Shown here one piece after another: positions 8,904 through 18,705 of a DNA stretch of 64,000 nt. Numbering within the stretch: the stretch's first letter is position 1; each line of letters opens with the position of its first letter. The stretch is from Bacteroidota bacterium (GTDB lineage: Bacteria; Bacteroidota; Bacteroidia; Bacteroidales; GWA2-32-17), in contig JBBIRU010000020.1 in assembly GCA_037441645.1 (NCBI GenBank), positions 13,064 to 77,063 on the forward strand, read 5' to 3'. The notes beneath the pieces are model-generated. The model saw only the letters and a program-made list of their open reading frames with translations. It made no database searches and was not told the origin of the DNA. The translations under genes were made by a program, and so were the position numbers.

Positions 8904-9005
8904 TTTCTACACATTATTTTTAAAAGATTATCGTTTTTTATCTGTTCATATTATAAAAAGATGAACTTTTGAATCTACCTTTGCATAATTCTTAATATTT
9001 ATAAA

Positions 9006-10865
9006 TTGAAGGTAACCATTGCCATATTAATCCTTGTACTCGTGTGTTTTCATGGTTTTACCCAGAACATCAATGAGCAAAATCAACTGGCACAGGGATA
9101 TTATGCAAATAAAGAGTATGATAAAGCCGCCGCTATCTTTTCTGAATTATATAACACTCAGAAAAACAAGATTTACTTTACTTATTATTTAAATTGTCTT
9201 ATTGAACTTAAAGATTTCGAAAACGCTGAAAAAATAACAAAGAAAGAAATCAGGCGGAACGATAATGATTTGACCTTCTATGTTGATCTTGGGTATGTTT
9301 ATAAGGTTCAGAATAAATTAAAAGAATCAGACGAAGAATATCAAAAGGCATTAAAACTGCTTGTGCCTGACAATAATCAGATTATTACATTAGCCAATCA
9401 GTTTATACAACGAAGAGAACTTGGATTTGCCGAACAGACATATTTAAAAGGAAGAAAATTACTGAAAGAAATGTATGGCTTTCATTTTGAACTGGCCAAT
9501 TTATACCTTGTTCAACGCATGTATGATAAAATGATTGAAGAATATTTAAACGTACTTGAACTTCATGACAGTTATTTACAGGCCGTTCAAAATCAGCTTC
9601 AGGCAACCGTTTATTCTGATAAGGAAAATGATCTTACCGGCAAACTCAAGTCACAATTATTAAAGCGCATTCAGAAGAGCCCGGACCGGACGATATTTAC
9701 AGAATTACTTATTTGGCTTTATCTGCAGGACAGAGATTACAACAGTGCATATATTCAATCGGTCGCACTCGACAAACGTCTGAAAGAAGAGGGGACAAGG
9801 CTGATGAGCCTTGCCCAGCAGGCTGTCATTAACAAAGACTATGATATTGCCATGAAAGCATTTCAATATGTTATTGACAAAGGAAAATATAATTCATGGT
9901 TTATGGAGGCCAAAAGCGACTACATGAATGCCCTTTACTGCAAAATAATTGAGTCGCCCGGCATAAAAAAAACGGATATTATAAATCTTGAAAATCTGAT
10001 AAAAACAACCCTTGAGGAATTGGGATGGTCAAAATCAACATTTAGTTTAATAAAATCTCTGGCCAGTATTCAGACTTTTTACTTAAACCAGCCATCGGAA
10101 TCGGAAAATATACTCGAAAAAGCATTATCCACGGCAGGGTTAACGCCCTCGCAAACAGCTGAATGCAAATTACTACTTGGTGATATCAGCCTTTATAACA
10201 ACGATATCTGGGGTGCCACTTTATATTATGCCCAGGTTGAAAAAGCAAATGAAAATGAACCTATCGGACATGAAGCAAAATTCAGAAAAGCAAGACTGGC
10301 CTATTATGCCGGAGATTTCTTATGGGCACAGGCTCAACTGGATATTTTAAAAGCTTCTACTTCAAAACTTATTGCCAACGATGCTTTCAGTCTTTCATTA
10401 TTAATAAGCACCAACCTTGCCGACGATACTGCCGGATCGGCCTTAATGATGTATTCCCGTGCCGAACTTTTTTCGTTCAGAAATAACGACAGTATGGCCA
10501 TTTTAATTCTCGATAGTATTGTACATAAATACCGTTCAAATTCAATCCTGGATGATGCCTTTTATAAATTGGGAGAATTATATTTTAAGAAATCCGATTT
10601 TCAGACTGCTGCTTCATACTTTGATACCGTAGCTACTCATTATAAATATGATCTTTTAGCCGATGATGCCATCTTTAAACTTGGAAATATTTACGAAAAA
10701 TATTTGCCCGATACTGCAAAAGCGATGGAATATTATCAGTTGATTTTAACAGACCATCCGGGCAGTATATTGGTAAACGAAGCCCGAAAAAGATATCGTT
10801 TTTTAAGAGGAGATAAATTACAGGATGAAAATTCTCCCAACCTGCCAAACGATAAGCCTAACTAG
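9006..10865 (+). CDS. Tetratricopeptide repeat protein (secreted)
   Basis: Signal peptide and multiple TPR-like helical repeats; TACCTTTG promoter at 8976-8983. Confidence 0.85.
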   Translation: MKVTIAILILVLVCFHGFTQNINEQNQLAQGYYANKEYDKAAAIFSELYNTQKNKIYFTYYLNCLIELKDFENAEKITKKEIRRNDNDLTFYVDLGYVYKVQNKLKESDEEYQKALKLLVPDNNQIITLANQFIQRRELGFAEQTYLKGRKLLKEMYGFHFELANLYLVQRMYDKMIEEYLNVLELHDSYLQAVQNQLQATVYSDKENDLTGKLKSQLLKRIQKSPDRTIFTELLIWLYLQDRDYNSAYIQSVALDKRLKEEGTRLMSLAQQAVINKDYDIAMKAFQYVIDKGKYNSWFMEAKSDYMNALYCKIIESPGIKKTDIINLENLIKTTLEELGWSKSTFSLIKSLASIQTFYLNQPSESENILEKALSTAGLTPSQTAECKLLLGDISLYNNDIWGATLYYAQVEKANENEPIGHEAKFRKARLAYYAGDFLWAQAQLDILKASTSKLIANDAFSLSLLISTNLADDTAGSALMMYSRAELFSFRNNDSMAILILDSIVHKYRSNSILDDAFYKLGELYFKKSDFQTAASYFDTVATHYKYDLLADDAIFKLGNIYEKYLPDTAKAMEYYQLILTDHPGSILVNEARKRYRFLRGDKLQDENSPNLPNDKPN

Positions 10866-10868
10866 TCG

Positions 10869-11753
10869 ATGCAAATACAAACCAAGGCATATTTACTGGC
10901 AATTTCCGCAGTTTTGCTTTGGTCTACTGTTGCAACAGCTTTTAAAACAGCACTGGCCGGAATGACCTATACTAATCTTCTTTTTATTAGCTCATTTGTT
11001 AGTTTTATAATTCTTCTTATACTCCTCTTTGTTAAACAAACATTGTTCTCCGCATTTAATTTATCTTTTAAAGAGTGGGTAAGTTCTGCTGTCATGGGAT
11101 TTCTTAATCCTTTTTTATATTATATGGTGTTATTAAAAGCATACAGCCTGCTTCCTGCTCAGATTGCCCAGCCCCTGAATTATACATGGCCAGTTGTTCT
11201 GGTTTTTCTTTCTGCGCCTTTTCTGGGTCATCGAATCACTCTGAAAACCATAGCAGCGCTGCTGATATCATTTCTCGGAGTATTTGTTATTTCATTCCAG
11301 GGAAAATGGAATTTCACTATTTCCAGTCCTTTCGGAGTTTTTCTAGCAGCCGGCAGCTCCATTATCTGGTCGGTATTCTGGCTCATGAATATGAAAGATA
11401 AAAGACCCGAAATACAGAAACTTTTTCTGAATTTCTTTTTTGGCCTGGTTTATATTTCAATTTACATGTTCTTTGTTGAACCCATTAAGATTCACTTTGA
11501 CAAATCGTTTTTTGCCTCAGTCTATGTTGGGTTTTTCGAGATGGGTATAACCTTTATATTATGGCTGGCAGCCCTGCAATATTCATCTTCCCCGGAAAAA
11601 ATCAGTTCTCTTGTTTTTCTTTCCCCTTTTCTTTCAATTTTCTTCATTTCTACTTTTTTGCACGAAAACATTCATTCATCTACTATCATAGGATTATGCC
11701 TGATTGTAGCAGGAATCATTTTATCAAAAACCAAACTATACAAAGTAAATTAG
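10869..11753 (+). CDS. DMT/EamA family transporter
   Basis: About ten hydrophobic segments; LWST and LNYTWP EamA patterns. Confidence 0.9.
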   Translation: MQIQTKAYLLAISAVLLWSTVATAFKTALAGMTYTNLLFISSFVSFIILLILLFVKQTLFSAFNLSFKEWVSSAVMGFLNPFLYYMVLLKAYSLLPAQIAQPLNYTWPVVLVFLSAPFLGHRITLKTIAALLISFLGVFVISFQGKWNFTISSPFGVFLAAGSSIIWSVFWLMNMKDKRPEIQKLFLNFFFGLVYISIYMFFVEPIKIHFDKSFFASVYVGFFEMGITFILWLAALQYSSSPEKISSLVFLSPFLSIFFISTFLHENIHSSTIIGLCLIVAGIILSKTKLYKVN

Positions 11754-11830
11754 CCTGATTTATCGAATGTTTGTTTTTTTTAATAATTATAGTCTGATTG
11801 ATACGATACAGATTTGTATCTTTAAGAGTT

Positions 11831-12382
11831 ATGAATAACGATAAAATTATTTTAGGTATAGACCCGGGTACCAATATACTGGGATATGGAATTATTGAAA
11901 TAAAAAATAAAAAACCGCTTCTCATTGCTATTGGTGTAATAGAATTAAGCAAATTGGATGACCATTTTGTTCGTTTAAAGCATATTTTTGAAAGAATTCT
12001 GGGTCTTATCGAATCCTACCACCCCGACGAATTAGCCATTGAGGCTCCTTTTTTTGGTAAAAATGTGCAATCGATGCTGAAACTTGGAAGGGCGCAGGGA
12101 ACCGCCATTGCTGCTGCTATTTCACGGCAGTTACCGGTTTTTGAGTATGCTCCGAGAAAAATAAAACAAAGCATAACCGGAAACGGAAATGCTTCTAAAG
12201 AACAGGTTGCTGCTATGCTACAAAAATTAATTCATATTCCTGAAATGCCGAAACATCTGGATGCAACTGATGGATTGGCCGCAGCCATTTGTCATCACTT
12301 TCAGACACCTGTAGACAACAACGTGAAAACAGCAAAAAGCTGGAAAGAATTTATCAGTAAAAATCCGGGAAGAATAAAATAA
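11831..12382 (+). CDS. ruvC: Crossover junction endodeoxyribonuclease RuvC
   Basis: [32 protein letters not shown]; start moved to ATG 11831. Confidence 0.96.
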   Translation: MNNDKIILGIDPGTNILGYGIIEIKNKKPLLIAIGVIELSKLDDHFVRLKHIFERILGLIESYHPDELAIEAPFFGKNVQSMLKLGRAQGTAIAAAISRQLPVFEYAPRKIKQSITGNGNASKEQVAAMLQKLIHIPEMPKHLDATDGLAAAICHHFQTPVDNNVKTAKSWKEFISKNPGRIK

Positions 12383-12383
12383 C

Positions 12384-12779
12384 TTACTCGAAATTTTTTC
12401 GGATTAACTCGGCAATTTCTTCCATTTCTTCTTTCGGAAGATTGAGTTTGGGTTTGGAAAAGTCTATATCTGAAACATGGTTAATCGGAACCAGATGAAT
12501 ATGTGCATGGGGAACTTCCAGCCCGATTACTGCCATTCCGATTCTTTTACAAGGTACCGATTTTTCAATTGCTTTTGCCACTCTTTTGGCAAAAAGAGTA
12601 AATCCCGAAAGTTCGTTATCTTCCATCTGAAAAATATAATCGATTTCTTTTTTCGGAATTACCAAAGTATGTCCTTTTGCCAAAGGGAATACATCTAAAA
12701 AAGCAAGAAAATCAGATGTTTCAGCTATTTTATAACAGGGTATTTCACCCGAAACAATTCGTGAAAAGAGACTGGCCAT
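12384..12779 (-). CDS. HIT family protein
   Basis: HAHIHLVP histidine triad; GHTLVIPK. Confidence 0.95.
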   Translation of the reverse strand: MASLFSRIVSGEIPCYKIAETSDFLAFLDVFPLAKGHTLVIPKKEIDYIFQMEDNELSGFTLFAKRVAKAIEKSVPCKRIGMAVIGLEVPHAHIHLVPINHVSDIDFSKPKLNLPKEEMEEIAELIRKNFE

Positions 12780-12782
12780 AGG

Positions 12783-13256
12783 TTATCGCGAAATTTCAAC
12801 TATCTCAAATGACATTTTTCCGTTAGGGACATGTATTTCAACTATTTCGCCTACTTTTTTCCCTAACAGACCTTTTGCAATGGGTGTATTGATCGAAATT
12901 TTTCCTTCTTTCAGATTAGCCTCTGTTTCTGCAACCAAAGTGTAAACCTGTATCGCTTTATTAGCTACATTCTTAATTTTAACTTTTGAAAGAATCTGAA
13001 CTTTTGATTTATCAATTTTTGATTCATCTAATATCCGGCTATTAGACAATATTTCTTCGAGCTTCTGAATTTTTAATTCCAGCATACCCTGAGCTTCTTT
13101 AGCCGCATCATATTCAGCATTTTCAGACAAATCACCTTTGTCTCTGGCTTCTGCTATCATATTTGAAATAGCTGGTCGTTCAACTGTTTTTAGCTGATCT
13201 AATTCTTCTTTTAATTTTCGATAGCCTTCTTCGGTAAGGTAAGATAATTTAGTCAT
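12783..13256 (-). CDS. greA: Transcription elongation factor GreA
   Basis: ARDKGDLSENAEYDAAKE; ISINTPIAKGLLGK. Confidence 0.97.
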   Translation of the reverse strand: MTKLSYLTEEGYRKLKEELDQLKTVERPAISNMIAEARDKGDLSENAEYDAAKEAQGMLELKIQKLEEILSNSRILDESKIDKSKVQILSKVKIKNVANKAIQVYTLVAETEANLKEGKISINTPIAKGLLGKKVGEIVEIHVPNGKMSFEIVEISR

Positions 13257-13277
13257 AGCTTTCCTCCTTTTAAATAC

Positions 13278-13308
13278 AAAAAGAATCCCGAAAATTTCGG
13301 GACTCTTT
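13278..13308 (-). terminator. Intrinsic terminator hairpin between the porV-like gene and greA
   Basis: Minus strand AAAGAGTCCCGAAA-T-TTTCGGGATTCTTTTT. Confidence 0.75.
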
Positions 13309-13313
13309 GACTA

Positions 13314-13321
13314 CAAAGATA
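13314..13321 (-). promoter_or_regulatory. Bacteroidota -7 promoter element for greA
   Basis: TATCTTTG on the minus strand matches TAnnTTTG. Confidence 0.6.
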
Positions 13322-13333
13322 ATAATATTTTAA

Positions 13334-14449
13334 TTACAATGTAATTTTTGCGCCTAAAGAATGAACTCCGGCAAACGGGTTTGTTGCACGATATGAATAA
13401 TCAATTGAAAATGTTGAACCTTTTTCTTTATTTAATGGAATCTGAATTGAAACACCGGCAGTAGGGCCTGTGAAAGCAGTTGTACGCGTATCATAATCGC
13501 GAATTCCTTTTTCGTGTACATACCCGCCACGTAACATAATTATTTCTTTAAAAGAATATTCCAGCCCAAAATGAAACTGGTCTTTTGTAAAGGAATTAGA
13601 AGTAAAGTTAGCGGCAAAACTAACCCTGTGATCGCTTTTAATTTTATCGGCTACTGTATCAACCTTTTGTGCGAGATGGAAATCATATGTTCCTCCAATG
13701 GTAATTAATGAAGGAAGTTCAAAATCGGCAGAACGTTGCTCAACGGTCATGATTACGTCATTGGGAGGAACTGTTCCCCTGAAGGATAACCCATCGCCCC
13801 TGAAACGCATGGTAGGACCAACATTTTTCATGGCTATACCAAAGTGAAGGTTATCACGGATTTTCTTACCGAGCTTATTTTTTCCGATTCCGGTTAAATA
13901 CTGAATACCTGCATCAAAGCAAACGCCGGATGCCGAAACATCAGAAATTTTTTCATTTATTACTTTAAAAACCAATCCTCCATAAATACTATTAGAAAAT
14001 TCTTTAGCATAGGCTAATGAAATATTAGTAAAATTAGGATGAAAGGTTCCTATTCCACCTTCAGGCACATCTACTGTTGTAATATCAATATCGCCAAAAT
14101 CCATGCTCATTAAGGCAAGTGTTAAAACTCCGCTTTCACCAACTTTCTGGGATAATCCTCCGGCATATATGTTAATATCAGTACCCACCAGCCAATTTGT
14201 ATGGCTGAAAATAAGTTCTGTTCTTTTGGTAAATGCCGTTCCGGCAATATTCAGGTTTAGCGCTTCAAGCCCTCTTACGCTAGCAGTATTTGCACCTCCC
14301 CAACCCGAGCTACGCGCCCATGGATTAATCAGCAATTCGCCTGCACCGGCTTGTCCTGCCCGTTGTTCGTTACCGGCAAAACCGGATATAGAAAATACCA
14401 TCATTGCTGAAATTGCCAGTATTGTGATTGATATTGCTCTTCTTTTCAT
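13334..14449 (-). CDS. PorV/PorQ-family outer-membrane beta-barrel (PorV paralogue)
   Basis: GQAGAGELLINPWARSSGWGGA N-terminal PorV-like motif, signal peptide, amphipathic strands. Confidence 0.85.
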   Translation of the reverse strand: MKRRAISITILAISAMMVFSISGFAGNEQRAGQAGAGELLINPWARSSGWGGANTASVRGLEALNLNIAGTAFTKRTELIFSHTNWLVGTDINIYAGGLSQKVGESGVLTLALMSMDFGDIDITTVDVPEGGIGTFHPNFTNISLAYAKEFSNSIYGGLVFKVINEKISDVSASGVCFDAGIQYLTGIGKNKLGKKIRDNLHFGIAMKNVGPTMRFRGDGLSFRGTVPPNDVIMTVEQRSADFELPSLITIGGTYDFHLAQKVDTVADKIKSDHRVSFAANFTSNSFTKDQFHFGLEYSFKEIIMLRGGYVHEKGIRDYDTRTTAFTGPTAGVSIQIPLNKEKGSTFSIDYSYRATNPFAGVHSLGAKITL

Positions 14450-14479
14450 ATTTCGATCTTATTATGTTCTAATTCAATT

Positions 14480-17400
14480 TTAGAAATTATTCAAGTCAAT
14501 GGGGCGTAATGCTCCAAACCATTTCAGAATCTTTTCACCAATTCCGGGAGCATCAATATGAATAATGTAAAGACCACTGGCAATTACAATTCCATATTCG
14601 TTCTTCAAATCCCAGTCCTGGTAAGAGAGTGGACTATCTTTCTTAAACCTACGGATAAGTGTTCCATTTACAGTATATATACTAATTGTACACTGTTGTG
14701 GAAGGTTTGTGAATTTAATTTTATAATCCAACTGGGATTTTTCATATGCACTATAGCCATAATATGGGTTAGGTACAACTTTTATCAGGTCTAATGCTTC
14801 CTTTGCGGTAGGATTATCATTTTTAACCGGAACTAAATCCTTTGTACTGAAAAAATAGTAAGGTAAATTATTATTTAAAGAAAGTGAATCCGGTTGATTT
14901 AATATAGACTTTTGATAAGGGTTAGCGATACTTATGCGGTAAGTAATATCGCTTGCTATAAAATAATAAGGATCGGTTGGATTAGCCTGAGTAGGGAAAT
15001 ATGCAGAAAGCATTGGAACAGAACACCACATTGCGTTTTGCCAAAGATTACGTTTTGCAATACCCCCGGTTGATGAACTTGGGCCTTCATTAACTATAAC
15101 ACTTAACTTTTGATAAAGGTATTTACCGTAATCATAAGCTGGCATATTATAAGCGGCTTGACCAAGTTTATTATGGCCCCATACGTAAATAAAATGTTTT
15201 CCGCCAAGATAAAGATCTCCTGAAGTACCTCCGGACAAATACCACAAAGGTGAAGCATAATTACTGGTAGGGTTCCACATCATATCAGCTCCGTTTTCGC
15301 CAGGATAATGAGAATCTTCTCCAAAACACATATTTAAACGTTCTCCGGTTTCAACATCAATAGCATAACCAGGAAACCATCCCATACCTCTTGCAGAAAT
15401 AAAATTTGAATAATTGGCATTTGTTGTATCGCCCAATAATACATTGGTAGAGTCCCCGTTTTTATCAACAGAAGCATGTTTACGTATACCAAATTTATAT
15501 TGATTTCCCTGACTTAGACCAGGCTTAAATGCGTTAACAATATCATACTCACATGTTTCAACAACCGGACAACGTGTCCATTTAGACTTGTCTTTAGTAA
15601 TAACAATCTGAACACTTGAAAGTCGCTTTTCATTAAATGCAATTGACTGATGAGCAAGTCTGAATGAAACTCCATTACCTATTGGACCATTAGAATTATC
15701 TTCCATGGCAAAAGCATAGGGTGACCAAGTTCCACTAACCACTTTTTCAAAAAACTGGTCCTTATCTTTGGCACCACCATTATAATCATTACATGAAGAT
15801 TGGTTAGGATCGGTTGTGTTTCCGCACCGTATCCAGTTAGGCCAGCCACAACCATCAACATCTCTTTGAAGCTCCAGCCAGGCATTGTTTGGGTTTTCCC
15901 ATTCAACAGATGAATTAATATATCCGTTTTGTAAAGTGTTAGGATCGTCTTTTCCCGGCCAGGGTATCTGTTTAATCGTTATTGAGATTCCCCATTTTGT
16001 AATAATCTGTTCATTTAGATCAGTAATCCATGACTCCGAAAAAATAGTATCCAAAGAGTCTGTACAAGGAACCGGATATAATTTCCATTTTGAATTCGTT
16101 ATATAATATCCACCAGTAACTGTTCCACCGGAAGTTGTTGTATTTACTGTAGCAGTACCAGGAATAAATCTGAGTTCAAAGTCTTTCTCTACAATGTTCA
16201 AAGGATCTATTACTTTTACCTGAATCGGCCCCATTCCTTTATCGTATTCAACAGAATCGGTTTTCCAAGGTGGTCCCTGCATAATTCTATTTATTGTACT
16301 CTGGGTTAATTTTAACTCATTGATTCCATTACCATGGCCTTCATACTGGGTAATTTTGGGTCCATCTCCAAACTGGGAATTTAAGATCGTTCCATTATTC
16401 GCAGGATCGCTGATATGAGGAATTGCAGAATATGTTTTAATTGCTTTTCCGTAACCTGTCCGGCTTGGTAAATATGGCATCTTCTGTCCATCCAATGAAT
16501 TAGGATCGGTAGGGTTATAAGTTTTATAATTATTATATCCATAAGCTATAGCAACATAATAATAGGTTTTATGATTAACTAATCGCTTGTCGCCTGTAGC
16601 GAATGCATCATCAGTTAAAGTAAACGAATGCTGAATACCGATATTGGCTCCAACAACTTTTTCTTTGGGTACTGAAAATCCCAGTTGATTATCGTATTCA
16701 AAGTTAATAATGCGTTTTATAGTGTCCAGTTTATCGCACTGGAATACAATTCTTGCTTTATCAAGGTTTCCAATGTCATTTACTGATGAACTTTCATCTT
16801 TTAACTGGAATACCTGGTAACCCTGGAATGTGAATTTATTATCACATCCTGGATCTCCTGTTGGACAGGCAATAAATGGATCGACTTCAGAATAATCTTC
16901 AGGAGTATTCAAATAATTATTCGATCCTTTGATGTTATAGATATGGAATAAAAACTGCCTGTCGAGTTCAATTATATTAAGCTCAGGTGCATTAGGCCCG
17001 TCAACTATTTTGAAACAAACTTCGAATAAACGCTGGGCTTTATCATCGGCTCTCCGTACTTCTCCAACAGAAGCCCATGCCCCTCCTGAAGTTGCTCTTG
17101 CCCAGACCATACCAATAGTAATATCATTTGTTGCTCCAGGAGCTAAAGTAAATGGACCTGCCGAATGTACAAATCTTCTGTCGCCCCCTAAGTTACCTGC
17201 CGTTACTTCATTCCATACCGGTTGAGATTGCCCGCCAGTACCCCAGCCACAAGGATCTGTATCATCAGGAAACATAAAATCAGCATTAATGTTACTCGAT
17301 AAGTGTCCGGTTCCACCATAAGTCATACGGGTTCCGTCTTTCCAAAATCCACGCAAATAATAGTAATATTCAACTGCTGTTTCAGGATCGCCCATTTGAC

Positions 17401-18694
17401 CAGAGGAATTATTAAAATATAAAAAACGACGCATTCCCCAGCGCTCATTTCCACCAATACCATCGCCAAAATTCAATCCATTGACACTTCCATTAGCAAA
17501 GTCTAAAGAGCAGTTTATCTGCCCATTTTCCCAACTGGTAGGTCTGTCAACCGTATCACCTGAAGTGTTTACTAAAGGATCCATAAAGGGCCCTTCGAAA
17601 AAGTCAACTCCAATGGCAGGTGGTTGAGCCCCATAAGTTTTTCCGTTTCCATCTCCATCCATTTCGTCACCGTTGTAACAATATCCCAATCCTCTTTTAA
17701 CATCCGATCCAACATAATCATCTGTTTCATCTCCAAGGTCAGCATCAATAAAAATTCCAAAATAACAATTTTCAAGTGTATAAGAAGAACGATTAATCAA
17801 TTGGTAATTTCCAAAAGTCATGTTATTTAATTCGTCATTTGTTGCAAAAGCAAATGCCTGTGCTTTAATTTCCATGCCAATGGAAGCTCCTTTGGATTCT
17901 GTATGAATATTACCACGGTCATTATATACCCACCATAAGGTTTGGTCGCCGTACAATGTTGGTTCTCTTCTTACAGTATTACAAGCTTGTGTTTTATTAA
18001 GATCGTAGCGGGGATAGTCGCCATCATCGGGGTTATAGTAACCATCCATATTTTCGTCCCAGAAAGGAGCCAGGGTTGGCTCATAGTCAGGTAACGTATT
18101 ATTTCCGGGCCAGTTAATTATACTTCTGGGTACTGAATAATCTTTAAACTGTGAATTTAACAATTCGGTATTACCATCTTTTTTTGCCTGGAACCAAGCC
18201 TTGAATTCGGAAACTTCATTTTTAGTTACCACAAAATGTTTGTCATATTCTAAACAAACGTCAGATGTTGTGGTTCCCATACCGCTTCCATACTTCTTTA
18301 AAGGCCCTGTAAAGTAATCGGTACCATAATTTCTGTAACGTCCTCCGGTAACTCTTAATTGTCCGTTTACATCCGTTCCTCCAATCCAAATAACAGAAGC
18401 AAATAGCGACATATGTCCACTTCCTTTAGGTACCTCATAGCGTGGATTAGTGATTAAATCCCACCACATATCACCTCCTGTATGAATTAATGCTCTGACA
18501 TTGTTAAGTGCAAGTTCGGTTGAAGCAACCGGCATTGTACATGCAGCAGTAACAGATTTGTCGTGATTTTCACCGGCGTTACCTCTTTTCTCAGTTATTA
18601 ATTTTTTGGCAAATCCAGGTTGGATTAGCAAGCCTGTTAATGCAACTGCTGCCAAAAATTGTTTCATTTGCCTGGTTTTCATATATCTTTTCAT
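14480..18694 (-). CDS. Large T9SS cargo protein with type-A-like CTD plus C-terminal extension
   Basis: Signal peptide; IKVVPNPYY...FTNLP...IYTVNG...WDL...ASGLYIIHI CTD; ends KWFGALRPIDLNNF. Confidence 0.85.
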   Translation of the reverse strand: MKRYMKTRQMKQFLAAVALTGLLIQPGFAKKLITEKRGNAGENHDKSVTAACTMPVASTELALNNVRALIHTGGDMWWDLITNPRYEVPKGSGHMSLFASVIWIGGTDVNGQLRVTGGRYRNYGTDYFTGPLKKYGSGMGTTTSDVCLEYDKHFVVTKNEVSEFKAWFQAKKDGNTELLNSQFKDYSVPRSIINWPGNNTLPDYEPTLAPFWDENMDGYYNPDDGDYPRYDLNKTQACNTVRREPTLYGDQTLWWVYNDRGNIHTESKGASIGMEIKAQAFAFATNDELNNMTFGNYQLINRSSYTLENCYFGIFIDADLGDETDDYVGSDVKRGLGYCYNGDEMDGDGNGKTYGAQPPAIGVDFFEGPFMDPLVNTSGDTVDRPTSWENGQINCSLDFANGSVNGLNFGDGIGGNERWGMRRFLYFNNSSGQMGDPETAVEYYYYLRGFWKDGTRMTYGGTGHLSSNINADFMFPDDTDPCGWGTGGQSQPVWNEVTAGNLGGDRRFVHSAGPFTLAPGATNDITIGMVWARATSGGAWASVGEVRRADDKAQRLFEVCFKIVDGPNAPELNIIELDRQFLFHIYNIKGSNNYLNTPEDYSEVDPFIACPTGDPGCDNKFTFQGYQVFQLKDESSSVNDIGNLDKARIVFQCDKLDTIKRIINFEYDNQLGFSVPKEKVVGANIGIQHSFTLTDDAFATGDKRLVNHKTYYYVAIAYGYNNYKTYNPTDPNSLDGQKMPYLPSRTGYGKAIKTYSAIPHISDPANNGTILNSQFGDGPKITQYEGHGNGINELKLTQSTINRIMQGPPWKTDSVEYDKGMGPIQVKVIDPLNIVEKDFELRFIPGTATVNTTTSGGTVTGGYYITNSKWKLYPVPCTDSLDTIFSESWITDLNEQIITKWGISITIKQIPWPGKDDPNTLQNGYINSSVEWENPNNAWLELQRDVDGCGWPNWIRCGNTTDPNQSSCNDYNGGAKDKDQFFEKVVSGTWSPYAFAMEDNSNGPIGNGVSFRLAHQSIAFNEKRLSSVQIVITKDKSKWTRCPVVETCEYDIVNAFKPGLSQGNQYKFGIRKHASVDKNGDSTNVLLGDTTNANYSNFISARGMGWFPGYAIDVETGERLNMCFGEDSHYPGENGADMMWNPTSNYASPLWYLSGGTSGDLYLGGKHFIYVWGHNKLGQAAYNMPAYDYGKYLYQKLSVIVNEGPSSSTGGIAKRNLWQNAMWCSVPMLSAYFPTQANPTDPYYFIASDITYRISIANPYQKSILNQPDSLSLNNNLPYYFFSTKDLVPVKNDNPTAKEALDLIKVVPNPYYGYSAYEKSQLDYKIKFTNLPQQCTISIYTVNGTLIRRFKKDSPLSYQDWDLKNEYGIVIASGLYIIHIDAPGIGEKILKWFGALRPIDLNNF

Positions 18695-18705
18695 TTATTT
18701 TATTA

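Noticed and set aside
9006..10865. TPR protein as T9SS component SprE/PorW
   Set aside because: No lipobox and no diagnostic motif recognised; left as a generic TPR protein.
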